From contig NC_057716.1 in the NCBI RefSeq assembly GCF_004010195.1, positions 11,094,235-11,158,234 of the forward strand: a stretch of DNA of 64,000 nt, written 5' to 3'. Source of the stretch: Chiloscyllium plagiosum. Its lineage: Eukaryota. The translations under genes were made by a program, and so were the position numbers. Below are positions 12,310-25,154 of this stretch, one piece after another. The first letter of the stretch is position 1; every line of letters starts with the position of its first letter. A model generated the notes under the pieces. That model saw only the letters and a program-made list of their open reading frames with translations. It was not told where the DNA came from and made no database searches.

Positions 12310-13380
12310 ATTGTTGTTAGCAGTGAACAGACGGTAGGGTGGACATGTTGCTGCACAGCTCTGCTACAGCAATTTTACATCTGCACTGTGTGCCAGCTGT
12401 GTACGCAGCCCACAGACATGTCCTTCAACCAAACAGCCATTCTCTAAGCCCAGGGGGAGTCACCTTCTTGAAAGCAAGGCGCCACCCTTCAGTCAGAGAG
12501 TCCAGGCACAGTCAGTCAAGGGCAGCAACCGAGATTAGTCTATAGTCTTGAGCATGGTCAGTCAGTCAGCTATTCTGGGTGGTCAGGTCAGAATATTCTC
12601 AATGATGGGGGTGAGGAGCTGAATATCTTGGCTCTTCCTGCCCTATTCTGGGCCGTTTTCTCCTGGACTGAAAGGAAAGGGAGGGATTGAGGAGGCTAGC
12701 ACGGCTGCTTGTGTTGGTGCAGATGGAGGTAAGGTGACCTGAGCATGTGAATAGGCAGCAAAGAGGGGCATGCCGGGCTAGCAGTGTCGGAGAATTGGAT
12801 GAGTGAGTGGAAGTGGGGGGGGGAATGAGTGAGTGGAAGTGGGGGGGGGAGGTTAGCGAATGTTGCATGTGACATTGTGAGTGGTTGAGCATGTGCCTTG
12901 CTGGGATGTTGGGTACCGTTGCAGAGTTAGAGAAAGTGGTGAGATAATGATGCAGCGCTAAACTGCCAGAATGGATCCCATGCCGCTGGGCATTCCTCCA
13001 CTTGGCTGAGAGCACAATGACCCTGGTGGTAAACATGGATCTGGTATGATACCCTCCTCTGCCAGTGCTGGGGGAGGAGGACAGAGCTCTTCATATTATC
13101 CTGCCCATCAAGATGTTGCGGTGCCTGCTCACAAAGTGGGGTGCCAACTTCCCTTCTCCATAATTTTCACAAACAGTATAGGAGATGGTGTTTGACCAGG
13201 GATCCCGGGATATCACAGCAATGGTTAGTAATTCCACTTGGGCCAGTGATAGAATTGGGCTCGCATCAAATAAGAGAGGCACCATAGGAGGCATAGTAGG
13301 TAGTTCATGAGGTGAACTTGGAATGATTAGCTTGAGCAAATTTGTTAGGCCCCATAGAGAGAATGCCAATATCTAAAAAA
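12310..13380 (-). mobile_element. degenerate PIF/Harbinger-like DNA transposon relic (Myb/SANT-like ORF remnant)
   Basis: GKLAPHF...RHRNILM remnant, similar to the remnant at 32400-32600; GC-richer block. Confidence 0.4.
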
Positions 13381-14104
13381 CGTATGCCAAGAGCAGTTCC
13401 ATGCCCACTAACTTACATATCCTTTCTATGTACCTCCATTTTAGATATTCACTAAAAATCCCATCTTACTTATATCATACCTCAGGCACATATTATCTAT
13501 CCATTGCACAGTCCCCGTTTTGCATTTTGCAACACACCTTTTTATAAATCCTATTACATAATCCCCAAATTGTGAATCCCATTACATTCCTTCATTTTGC
13601 ATATCCATCATACAACCCCACTACCATTTTGCATGTCCATTGCATATCTCTCCATATTAAACATTAACACACTTACTCATCGATCCTTCTTTTATTTAAA
13701 AACAGAATTTCAAATTACAAGTGCTCAGTTTTCCATAACATTTGATGTTGCAAATTCAGGCATATTTTATCAGCCAAACAGCTTTATAAATAAAATGTAT
13801 TTCACCATATCATTCGTAGAGGACAAAAGGTTTGCATTTTATTAAAATTGTTCATATGCAAATTTTAATTGCAATGATAAATTCTTGAGCACAGGGACAT
13901 TTTCTCTCTTTTGTCACGAATGAGAGCAAATTGATCATCTATTTCTTCCAAACTCAAGTTAGATATTGAGCTTTTCATCTTCAGGTCGGCCACTTGAATC
14001 CTGCTGGGAGAATACAGGATTCCATGATCACTGTTATAATAATATTTGAATAATATTTTGCCGCTAGGCACAACTTCGCTATTTGGCAACAAATATAAGG
14101 GAAT

Positions 14105-14320
14105 CAGTTTTGCTCAGTTGGCTAGATCGCTGGTTTCCAAAACAGTGTGATGCCAATAGTGTGGGTTCAATTCCCAATGCCGCTTTGAGGTAACCATGAG
14201 GGACTCTCCTTCTCAACCTCTTCCCTCTCCTGAGTTCTGGTGGCCCTCAGGATAAATCACCACCATTGCTTCTCTCTCTAATGAGAGAGCCGCCCCTGTA
14301 GTCTGGTAAGACTATGGTGA
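14105..14320 (+). mobile_element. tRNA-derived SINE (second family)
   Basis: gctcagttggctaga A-box and gggttcaattccc B-box; internal hairpin tctctctctaatgagagag. Confidence 0.6.
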
Positions 14321-14329
14321 CACAACAAC

Positions 14330-14505
14330 AAATACAGATAATGCTGGAAAATCTCAGCAGGTCTGAAGCATTTGTAGAGAGGAAACAGGGGTAATGTTTC
14401 AAGTCCAGTACAACTCTTCTTCAGAAGTAAGGAAGATTCTGAAGAGGAGTTGAAACACCAACTCTGTTTCTCTCTCCACAGCTGTTGCCAGACCTGCTTA
14501 ATTTG
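14330..14505. mobile_element. fold-back PLE-terminus element (family 4)
   Basis: ctcagcaggtctgaagca...gagaggaaacag paired with ctgtttctctctccacag...ccagacctgct; central ttcttcagaa...ttctgaaga. Related pieces near 7110, 23245/24110, 31570, 49930 and 50210. Confidence 0.55.
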
Positions 14506-14577
14506 TCCATAAACGTGAACTAAGGGCAAAAGGGATGTCAGCAGAGGTGATTTTTCAATAGCTCTTGAGACTGACCT

Positions 14578-14795
14578 TCAATCGGCCATCCAAAACATAG
14601 AGTCTCTGGCTGTGGTATTTACTGCAACTCCTTCAAAATCACATCTCTTCTTTAAATTCTTTGTACTGGATGTACATTGTGCATTCTGCTGCATAACATC
14701 ACAACTACCATCAGGCTGGTGAGCTGCTCGAATTGCTGTAGAAGGACCCTTAAAGTTCTGCTTTGAAGCAGTTTTTCCCACTTTAGGTTTGATAC
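14578..14795 (-). CDS. C2orf80: C2orf80 probable last coding exon (divergent C-terminus)
   Basis: ttttcttttcctaaacag| acceptor; phase 1 continues into ORF 14578..14781 (GIKPKVGKTASKQNF...WMAD*); total CDS 684 nt. No recognisable homology, so a further downstream exon is possible. Confidence 0.65.
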
Positions 14796-15920
14796 CTGTT
14801 TAGGAAAAGAAAAGTAAGCATCTAAAAATAACGCAAAATAATTGCACTGAAATGCACTGTTTGGATATTTGCACTGGTGCTCCTTCCAGTTACTGGTTTT
14901 AAACATTTTTATAAGACACGTGTAATTTATCACCTTTCTCTAGTTGCCCTGAACAACATGAGTGGCTTGTTTGAAAATGTTTCTAGCTTGGAGAAGTTAA
15001 ATAAAACTTTCCTCATTGAATGGAAGTCAAAAATGACAGATTGCGCCCATCTGTAATATTTCCAAAACAAAATTTATTTGAAGCTGTTCCAACTCTTGAC
15101 TTAATTCTCTTGTTGGACTGAATGGCTTCTTGGGATTTTATCATAAACAGCACTTTGCACCTTAATAGTAAATGCAAAACTACAGCATTGAATCAATGTG
15201 ACTGGTTGCAACATTATAGACATATAGTAGCATTCTGCTTTTGTTACTGGGTTAAGTGCCCAGATAGTCCAAGTTCAAGCACTACCTCTGATAGTTTCAG
15301 AATTTGACAGTTTAAGAAATAAGGTAATAAAATGGTGTTATCAGTAAAATAACAGATTCACAAAAGTTTTGCAGCAGCGAAGGAGACCATTCAGCCCATT
15401 GCACCTGTAACAGTTCGTTAAATGAGCATCACTATTCCATTAAATGGAAATCTCCTGCATTTTTCCCCCATACATTTGTGTGTTATTTTTATCCAAATAA
15501 TTATTCAATACCCTCTTGAATGCCTCTTGAAATAACTAGGAATTTATCAAATTTGTAAAATCTTGTCTTGTTCATTAATGTCTTTATCCAGTCTGCTCTA
15601 TATATGACTATAATTACACCTCATCAGCATGTTTAACTTTTAACTGTCCTCTGAAGTAACCTAGCAAGCTACATAATTGATTCAAGTTGCTTGCTGGTCA
15701 TTAAGGTGACCTTCTACCACTTTCTATTGGAACTAGAGATGAGCAATAAATTCTGGTCTCACCACTAGTGCCCAGATCCTGAAATAAATAATAGCAAATC
15801 AAAATTTTCCTAAGTTGGCATAGTTTCAATGACAAAAGAGAAAGTAGAGTTGCTACTTATGGAATAAATCGGACTCCAATTTAACTGTGAAGAGCTTGGC
15901 AAATGACTACTCCCACTTAC

Positions 15921-16005
15921 CCTGTTTTGTAGTATGCTTTGCTGCACAAGCAGCAGTCAGCATTGCAAAAGGGTGCAAGGAAATGCTGGATGATTGAACA
16001 TTTGT
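15921..16005 (-). CDS. C2orf80: C2orf80 coding exon 6
   Basis: ttgttttccag|ACA...CAG G|gtaagt; [28 protein letters not shown] vs human [21 protein letters not shown]. Confidence 0.92.
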
Positions 16006-17305
16006 CTGGAAAACAAAAAGGGGACATGTACCATCTAAGTATCTATTCTCTCAAAGGAACATTATAGATTCTTCACATGAGGCCCAAAGAAATAACAAGT
16101 TAATTCTGACAGATTCAATTTGTCAACACCACACATTTAGGTGAATTACCATCAAATATTAATCAATACTTGAAATTGTTTAATGCCAATTGGTATTAAT
16201 GATGAAGGCCCCAAAACAATACTAACCTGATACTCGAAATAAAGATAAAAATTTAGGTAAATATTATTCATTGGCAAGAATTGAAACAATACACCCTGCT
16301 CATTTGAGCATGTACACAAGGTCTACTCAGGCAAACTTAGCAACACAGTTTTTGTTTGCATGCATGTCAAATCTCCACTGAGTTTCTTCACAGAAAACAG
16401 GAAGAAAAGGAAATAAATCAGACTAATCTGCTCTGGTGTTGGTAAAATTTAATTAGGTGCCAAATATACCAAATATGGTAACCAGGTTCACAGTGCAACT
16501 GTTGATGAAGGTTACTTGGAGTATTTGTTCATTAGCTGCTTTACATTTAGTCAAAATAATTCAGCATTTACACAAGGCAAGTTGAGAAACATTCCAATTT
16601 TTCAATATTGTGTATCCCTGGCACTAGTGCCAATTCCAAATACTTTCCTGTGGTTGCACAACTAAAGAAAGTGGAGCTAGTTACACCAATTGTGAAGATA
16701 AAGGTACAATTGAAACATGAGAAATTGGAGCAGCTGTAATAGGCCCCTCATTGGAATGCTCCACCATTCAACAAATCCAAGGCTGATCATGGAATTCAAC
16801 TCCAAATTCTTGCCTGCTCCCCATACACTTGATTGCCTAAGAGACCAAGATCTATCTATCTCAGCCTTAAATACTTTCAACAATAGTAGAGTTTATTGTC
16901 AGGGATATCTTAATGATGGGGTAAAGAATGTTATTTTGTCACAATTTGCTATTAGGGATGCCATGAATGAGTCCAAAGGATTTAGTCATTTCTAACTAAA
17001 ATAAATAACAATTTGGTTGCTTTTAGTCAAACTGGGCAAGAGTATTGACTGAACCATTTGACCCGCCTCAAAAAGCCAACTTGAATTTCAGATAGGTCAA
17101 CAGTGAATTTGTCAATGCAGAGGTATCTTATTTGGGCTACACTGTGGGACAAGGCTAGGTGGTACCTACTGAAGTGAACATTTGGGTTCTTTAAGATTTT
17201 CAAATATGTGATTTTGTGTTGGACAGCAGGAGTGGATTCTATCTCAAGTTTATTCTGAACTGGACAGCAGGAGTGGATTCTATCTCAAGTTTATTCTGAA
17301 CTTCA

Positions 17306-17512
17306 GGAGAAAGTGAGGACTGCAGGTGCTGGAGATCAGAGTCGAGAGTGTGGTGATGGAAAAGCACAGCAGGTCAGGCAGCATCCGAGGAGCAGGAGAA
17401 TCGACATTTTGGGCATAAGCCTGATGAAGGGCTTATGCCCAAAACATCGATTCTCCTGCTCCTCAGATGTTGCCTGACCTGCTGTGCTTTTCTAGCACCA
17501 CACTCTTGACCC
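17306..17512. mobile_element. fold-back family-1 PLE-terminus element with 16-bp TSD
   Basis: Inverted arms around ctgatgaagggcttatgccc; TSD ttattctgaacttcag at 17291-17306 and 17513-17528. Confidence 0.85.
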
Positions 17513-17784
17513 TTATTCTGAACTTCAGCACTCTTATTGAACCTTGAACAGACTTGTAGATAAAACAAGTATCAAAATGCCTTTGAAAACCTGAAAGCTG
17601 TGCTGGCAACTGAAATGGTACCACCAGCACCTAATTATGCAAAACCATTAGGCTATTTTAATGCAAGGTGACAAGATTAGGATTGGCTGCTCTGTCAATT
17701 ATTTGTCAAAGAAACTGACCACAGATCAGCAAAACGTATTCTACAATGGAAGAGGAGACACTGAGTCTTGGGATGACTCTGCAA

Positions 17785-18745
17785 CATGTGACTGGAAGCC
17801 GGTGCCTAGTAGCATACCACAAGGATCAGTGCTGAGTCCTTTTTTTCATGATATAAATAAACAATATAGAACAGGATGTGCCTGCAGGGGCTGGTGAATG
17901 ATAAGTAAATTTGTAGATGGCACAAAGATTGACAGTGAGGAAGGAGGTCTTAGGTTACAGGAGTATACACAGGGATTGGTCAGATGGGCAGATAAGTGGA
18001 AGATGGAATTTAATGCTGATAAGTGTGAGGTTGTGCACTTTAGAGGAAGTAATACGATAAGGGAGTACTCAATGAATGACAGGATAGTAGGAAGCTCAGA
18101 GGTTCAGAGGGATCTTGGGATGGAGGGACAGGGTAATAGGGTAAATACAAAAGCATATGGGACAGTTGCATTTATCACTTTGGGAATTTTATTGTAAGAG
18201 CAGTTGGAGCTGTGCTAAACTTTGGCTAGGCTACAGCTAGAGTACTGCGTACAGTTCTGGTCACCTCACCATAGAAAGGATGTGATTGCACTGGAGGGGG
18301 TGCAAAAAAGATTAACCAGGATGTCACCTAGGATGGAGCATTTCAGCTATGAAAAGAAGCTGGATAAGCTCAGGTTGTTTTCTTCGGAGCAGAGAAGGTT
18401 GAGGGGAGACCTGATTGAGGGGTATAAGATTTGAGGGGCCTGGGCAGGGTGGTTAGAAAGCAGCAGTTCCTCTGGGTTGAAGGGTCAATAATGAGGGGAC
18501 ATAATGTTAAGATAATGGGCAGAGAGGGGATTTATTTTCTCACCCAGGAATGTACTGCCTGGAAGATTAGTTACGTTGTGAAACCTTACATCTTTAGAAA
18601 GTAAGATGAGCATGCGAAGGGTCATAACATAATAGGCTATGGGCCAAATGCTGGGAAGTGGGAGTAGTGTAGATCTACAATATTTTGTCATTGTGCAGTT
18701 TTGATAGGCTGAAGGTCTTCTTCTGTATCTTATGATTCTATGATT
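17785..18745 (+). mobile_element. CR1 LINE RT-3' fragment nested in the Gypsy relic
   Basis: WKPVPSSIPQGSVL, SKFVDGTKI and LEYCVQFWSP motifs; tail atgattctatga. Confidence 0.85.
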
Positions 18746-20458
18746 TTGAGATTTACACCACCAACAACTTTAAAGACATTGCTATATGGATTCCATCCCT
18801 TCAAAGTTTCTAGAAAAAAATTGGACAAGACGTAAGATTCTTTGAATGGAGCTCAATTGTCCAGCTGCATAATTTGAAAATAATTCATGTGCCTGGAAAA
18901 GAAAATATCATGTGGATGTTTTATTGAGAGCACATGTAAAGGATCCTGAGTGATATGGTGCCCATGAACTAATGTAATATAAGATTGCTGAGTAACTCAC
19001 TGCATGTTTAATGTCAACTCATTACTACTATTAGTGTAATATAGAAGTTGTGTCAAGATAATTTTTGATGATTAATGGAAGTGCTTGTGTATGTGCTTAA
19101 TTCTTCCACAGTGTGAGGTGTGATGTACAGATGTATGCAATTTTTATTTATTTTAAAACCATTCATTTGAGGTTTTTGAATTTTCAACTAGTGGCATATG
19201 AATTTTCCATGTGTCTGAAGGGACTTCATGATTAACTTGTAGGTATTTCTGTAGCCATAGGGATTTTTTTTATTTGAACAGTCTGAGATAAATAGTTTAG
19301 GCAGGCTAATTGGAAATTCTTTATAGTGGGAAAGTTTACATGCAAACAAAATAAGTAGTGTCGTGCATGATGTTTGTAGATACAAGATTCTAGAAATAAT
19401 TTTGGACTCGGGAAAACACTAATAATTTGTAAAATAAATACTTTTTTTTTAGTTTTAGGTTGCGGTAGCTTGCAGAAGTCTTGGCTGTTTGTAAGAGGAG
19501 GTAATTTAGGATTATTAAGAAGGACGTTACCTCAATCTAAAGAGTTTAATTTCAAAGTTCTGGGCCAGGAGTGTTTAACTAAAAACATAAGAAGGTTACT
19601 TGAAACTGAGAAAGTTTAAATTCTTGCATGAAGACTCTAACAAGATTCTCAAGTTGGGGTATTAATGGCATAGGTAAATTCAGCCTTACATATGTGAAAT
19701 GGAAGGTAATACTCTCCAGTGCAATGAAGGGCTTTTGGGATGGATGGGATTGCATTTTACCTTATCTTTTGAGAGCTGTATATTCATGTTCTGTGTAAAT
19801 AGTTTGATTTATTCTATTTTATCTCCATTTCTTTTACAATTTCAATTTATGTTTTATTATTAAACCTGAAATTGCAGCAAGGTGTATTCGTGTTTCAGTG
19901 AATGATCACCATGTTAAAATCAAAACAAAAGCAAAATATAATCTATCAAGCCATTTCAGTCTAGGGTTTGACTTGTCCAGTAGTAACATCGGGTAGGAAC
20001 AGAACAATATGCAGGCAGTTAGGTGGGATACAGTGATGGAAGTTTGCAAAAGCTATTTTTTAAATCTGAAGGAAATGCATTTAAAGTGATCTCATATAAA
20101 CTTTCCAAGCAGCCTTCCAAGCAGTAGAGTCCGTTAATTACTGATCCTTGGGTATGAATTCCAGGCTCCTGCACAAACAGGCCCATCGCTCTATTAAGGG
20201 TTCAGTTTTCAGTTATTTCTGAAGAGTAAAGTTGTGAAGGGTAAGCAAGCAAACACTGTCAGCACTATGCAGCAACTTCTCAGATTTACTAAGGGAGTTA
20301 AACCCAGACTTCAGATTATCTTTAGCAATTCCAGTGATTACTCTAGTTGGTGCTGAGACTTGTTATTCCAACATTTGGCCATTTACCCTGAACAGAGTTT
20401 GAGTGTTTCAATTCATGAAAAGGGCATTATGACAAGTCCATGAAAATTTGATATTGAA

Positions 20459-20770
20459 TTAGAATCCCCACAGTGTGGAAACAGGCTTTCAGCCCAACAA
20501 GTCTACACCAACCCTCCAATGAGTAACCCACCCAGACCCCTTCCCTTTACTCCTGACTAATGCACCTAATCTCTGAATACTATGGGCAATTCAGCATGGC
20601 CAATTCATCTAATCTGCACATTGTTGGATTGTGGGAGGAAACCGGAGTACCCGGAGATAACCCATGCAGTCACAGGGAAAATATGCAAATGCCACATAGT
20701 CACCCAAGGCTGGAGTTGTACAAAGGGTCCCTAGTACTATGAGGCAGAAGTGCTAACCACTGAACCACCA
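20459..20770 (-). mobile_element. tRNA-derived SINE (HE1-like)
   Basis: Reverse complement of the SINE at 1776. Confidence 0.8.
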
Positions 20771-21711
20771 TACCCACTCAGGCTTTGTTATAGTTAGTCA
20801 CAGAAACACGTGTTGAATGCACATTCTAATAAGGGCATGAAATAGGTTTAAAGCAGTTAAATGTGAGAGTCACCTGTTGCTCTTAACAAGATGGCAGAAC
20901 TGAATCATCCTGTAAATGCTGCTACCTCAAGAGTCATTATAAGATCAATCAATTCCTTAGCTTTCCACATGGTGGCATCAGTAATCTGCCATACTGTATT
21001 TCCAGATGTCAGAAAAAATGTCTTACATTTGCCTTTCTTAGTCATACTGGACAATTTTCAAAAAATGCAAGGATATAAAAGTTGAGCCCCAAACTAACTG
21101 GCAAAAGCTGTTCACGTAAAGCTCTGGTCTTACAGATCATTGGTCAGCAGGACTTCTTTAGCAAATCAAAGTTAGCAAAGATACAGTTCAAATTACTTTC
21201 CAACCAACTTTCAAATTATTTCTCCAACTCCAAGCCATCGCAACTAGTTGAACTCCTCCCATGCAAATCCAGAATGTTTCTCATTTTGCCATTAAGTTTG
21301 TAATTTTAATATAAAAATAAGTTGCAGTTATGCGCTATTGCAAAACAACTTAAGATGTATCCTTGCCATTAATCCTAAAAAGTTTTTGATCTTTTTCACA
21401 CAATTATCGAATGAATTAATGATACAAATCAATATGAAATTTTTAGGTTTGTGTGTGTGTGTATCCATATTGAACAAAGAAATGGAAAACAAAATGAAAA
21501 CAATTTATATATTTTTTTAAACTGCTAACAGTGAGTTACACTCAGTGAATGGCATTAAAAGAATAAGCTTTAACCAACATAGTTATATAATGATTCAATC
21601 TTTGCTTTTACATTGTGTTAACTGCAGCAAAGGATGATCTATTCTGTGGTCAAAGGGTGCAACCTAGTGGCAACATTAAAAAGTAATGTGCACGTTAGCT
21701 TTCAAGTTACA

Positions 21712-21744
21712 AACATGAACATGAACATGAACATGAACATGAAC
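21712..21744. repeat. (AACATG)n hexamer microsatellite
   Basis: Five-plus perfect units. Confidence 0.9.
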
Positions 21745-21994
21745 AGAGGGAGAAGAAATTCACAAAACATTTTTTCTGTACCCCTTAGAACAATGACCTC
21801 TCAGTTTCTAAAAGTTCAATGTATACTGATCACTGCAGTGAGTGCCATTTTGATATGACGACTTCATGACTTAAAAGACTAGTAAATTCCAAAAACAAAC
21901 AAAGCAAACATATGTGAAGATCTAAGGGATGACCAAGAATAAATTTCTCTTGAATTAGTTACCTTTGTCTTTATCTCTCTACAAGATATCTTAC

Positions 21995-22072
21995 CGTAAT
22001 TGTCTTACAGAACTGAGTAGTTGAGGGCCTATATCTGTAAATCTTTAGAATGTCTTCTAGTGGGATACTGTT
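21995..22072 (-). CDS. C2orf80: C2orf80 coding exon 5
   Basis: gttttcag|AAC...ACG|gtaag, 78 nt; NSIPLEDILKIYRYRPSTTQFCKTIT vs human NSIPIEEVFKIY. Confidence 0.92.
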
Positions 22073-22370
22073 CTGAAAACAGATTTTAAAAAAACGTAGC
22101 TGAATTGTTTAAAAAGAAGCATTTCATAACTATAATAAAAGTATAACTATTAAAATCACATCATGCTTGGACTGAACTAAAGGTAAATTATTTCTATGCA
22201 TTCCACTTATTTCACATTTTGACAATAATTGACAGTTAAGATTTACAGCTGGTAAAAGTATTGACTCCTGAAAATGTTTTGATTGCAATGATGGTAAATA
22301 AATGAATGGCACACCAACTTCCAGTAATTGATAGTAAAACTGAATTTCCAGAGAAAATTATTAACACCGT

Positions 22371-22656
22371 CGGTGGCACGGTGGCACAGTGGTTAGCACT
22401 GCTGCCTCACAGCACCAGAGACCTGGGTTCAATTCCGGTGTTAGGCGACTGACTGTGTGGAGTTTGCACATTCTCCCCGTGTCTGCGTGGGTTTCCTCCC
22501 ACAGTCCAAAAATGTGCAGGTTAGGTGAATTGGCCATGCTAAATTGCCTGTAGTGTTAGGTGAAGGGATAAATGTAGGGGAATGGGTCTGGGTCGGTGTG
22601 GACTTGTTGGGCCGAAGGGCCTGTTTCCACACTGTAAGTAATCTAACCTAAATCTA
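22371..22656 (+). mobile_element. tRNA-derived SINE (HE1-like), relatively young
   Basis: Intact A and B boxes (gtggcacagtggttagc, gggttcaattcc); (TAATC)-like tail. Confidence 0.88.
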
Positions 22657-23447
22657 AGTAAGTAAATTCATTATCAGTTCCTCATATCAGACTTCTGGCA
22701 TTTTATCCCATCTTGATGTTTCACAAATGCTTTGTCAAGTGTTTGGGATGACTCAAATTAATAGACTTTTCAAGTGATCTGCACTTTCAACCTAGGATAA
22801 AACATCCCAATCTTTATTTCCTATTATTTCCATGATTAAGAACTCCATTAATAGATAAGCCAAGAACTAGCAAGTCTCACCTGTGAAATCATTGAGTTCC
22901 AACATAGGTACAATTTACAATTCCAAGGTAAGTTCTCTAGTTGGAAATCCCATTCTCTGGCTATAGTAATTAGTCCTCCTTTAGTCTTGCTTACAAAACT
23001 AAATATTTCAATCCAATACACAAAGTTTTCTTGAGCATTATTGTTAAAAGAAACAACTAGTCAATGTTTTTCATCTTGCACTCATCAGGACAATTTGTAG
23101 GTAATGAGTGGAAGGCAAAAAGTGTTCACGAAATGCTTTTTTCCAGTAATACTCAAGGTTTGAACTATCAAATGTATAAAGTTATCTCATTATAAGTTTC
23201 TTTTGACACCACAATTGGTAGATTGGATTTAACTAAAAGCAAAATACTGTAGATGCTGAAGATTTCAAATAAAAACAGACAGTTCTGAAGAGACGCAGCA
23301 GGAGTGGCAGCAGCTGAGGAGAGAGAAACAGAGTTAATAGTTTGAGTCCAATATGACTCTTTTTCAGAGCTTCGCAATGGTCATAGGTACCCTCTTTGTC
23401 AAGGTTGCGGTCAGCATTAAGCTCCCCAGGCACATGACATATATAAC

Positions 23448-23730
23448 AGGTCCTGGAGCAGAGCATGGGCATTGAGCCCCAGAATAGAGCATGGGCAGTG
23501 AGTCCCAGAGCAGCGTGCAGGAACGGGTTCTGGAGCAGAGCAGGGGCAGTGATTTCCAGAATACAGCATGGGCAACGAGCCCCAGCATAGAGTATGGGAA
23601 ATGAGTCCCGGAGCAGTATGCAGGAACAGGTCCTGGAGCAGAGCATGGGCAGTGAATCCCAGAACAGAGCACGGGCAGTGAGTCCCAGAACAGAGCGTGG
23701 GCAATGAGTCCCGGAGCAGAGCATGGGCAC
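23448..23730. repeat. about 26-bp minisatellite
   Basis: About 11 degenerate copies of gagcatgggcagtgagtcccagaaca, interspersed with a variant gcaggaacaggtcctggagca. Confidence 0.85.
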
Positions 23731-25154
23731 AGGGGAGGCAGTCTTGGAACTTATCTTGGAGCAGTTAAGTGCTGGTACAGAGCAGACTGGAGGCTTGAAG
23801 CAGAGTGGCGATGGCTGTTGGACTGGGGTCTGGTGTGAGAGCCCTGCGCTCAGCTGCTGCAATGAAATGTTTGCTTGAAATTATTTTTTACCTGACTGTA
23901 ACATCAATCCTTTAAAGGTCATATTTCTAACTTATTTTTAAAACTCTGTGAAGTAATGCAACTGATTTTTATTCCTGTTTTGTATTCATGATTTATCCTT
24001 GGTGCTTGTACCTAAGATGGTACCATAAGAGGCAGACATTGTAAAAGCTTTCTCACTGTCTTCTACAATGGAGTATGTGTGACAATAAAGGATATTCTAT
24101 TCTAATTCCAGCATCCACAGCATTTTGCCTATGAATATTGTCATGTTTATTGATGTAGTCAGAGTCATATCAGAGTCAAAATATTAACTTTGTTCCTCTC
24201 TCCCCAGGTGTTGTCAGGGCTGCTGACTTTTTCTAGCATTTCTAGTCATCTTTGCTATTTTCAGGCACAATTGCAATTCTGTACTTAAATTCTCTACTAC
24301 TATTGTGAAACTTTCTTCTGTTTCAGGATGGGGCTTCAATTTGTCAACTCCCAAACCTTGACTCTGCTGTTAAATTAATTTTGGTTTATCGTATGTAAAC
24401 ATTATATACATTTTTTGGGTTAATTTTTGGGTGTCATTGCGCTCTTTGGTTTGGGTCCTTCCTTTGTTACTGAGCAATGGTTCTGTTGCTTCCAGGCTGA
24501 TTCTGGTGAGGCTATGGGATAAAACCCTCTGTTTCCTGCATTGATCAGTCAGTATATAAGGGTAGAACCTGAGAGGCATTATTGACAATCTAGGAGGACC
24601 TTTCAGTGGCATCGTGGGATCATAAGAACTGTTTTTATGTTTCTTTTTCCCGGGGCTAGATTTTCTCCCTGGCAATGGAAATTGGGAGGTGGGACTGATC
24701 CCACCTCGTGATCCTACACTCCCCACTTCTCCAGCCTGCCACAAAGTGCATTTGTGTGTAGTACCCAGAGCCTCAACTAACCTGAAGATGGGACAGTCAT
24801 GCACTCCAGCAGCCACAACCTAGAAACAGAGGTGGACTGATTTCTGGAGGGGACTCAGTAAAAGGCTTGGCATCCAAGTCTTTCCATGCAATGTATCTCT
24901 AAGGCTCTGTGACTCTAAGTCCTTATAAAACTCGTGAAGTTGGTTTGCTGAGAAATATTGACTACAGCTTGCAGTGCCAGTACCTATTTTCTGAGGTTCT
25001 CTACCACTAGGTGCCCTATATCATCTGGATGCAGTCAATAATGCCATGCGCTGGTAGGAACCTGGTGGTTGCGGTATATGAAAGTGCCATCCTGCTCTCG
25101 GAGATTCCATTGGAGGAGAATTTTGTGTCAACCCTGGCCTTGAGAAAAAGGCCA

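Larger units (their letters stand above)
16890..20005 (+). mobile_element. degenerate Gypsy LTR retrotransposon (RT, RNase H, probable 3' LTR) with nested insertions
   Basis: NSEFVNAEVSYLGYTVGQG (about 17100-17155), AFENLKAVLAT..PAPNYAKP (about 17578-17648), YLSKKL, and IIHVPGKENI (about 18880-18910). Confidence 0.6.

Noticed and set aside
17220-17301. 41-bp tandem duplication next to the fold-back element
   Set aside because: Real, but most simply a local by-product of the insertion or repair; no sign of function.
17661-17700. MQGD peptide reminiscent of IDH1 (VEMQGDEM)
   Set aside because: No further similarity; it lies within Gypsy RNase H debris.
23233-23862. 209-aa Cys/Leu-rich ORF and overlapping ORFs; repeat superficially CRISPR-like
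   Set aside because: A stop-free minisatellite leaves several frames open; there are no unique spacers or cas genes, and the context is eukaryotic.
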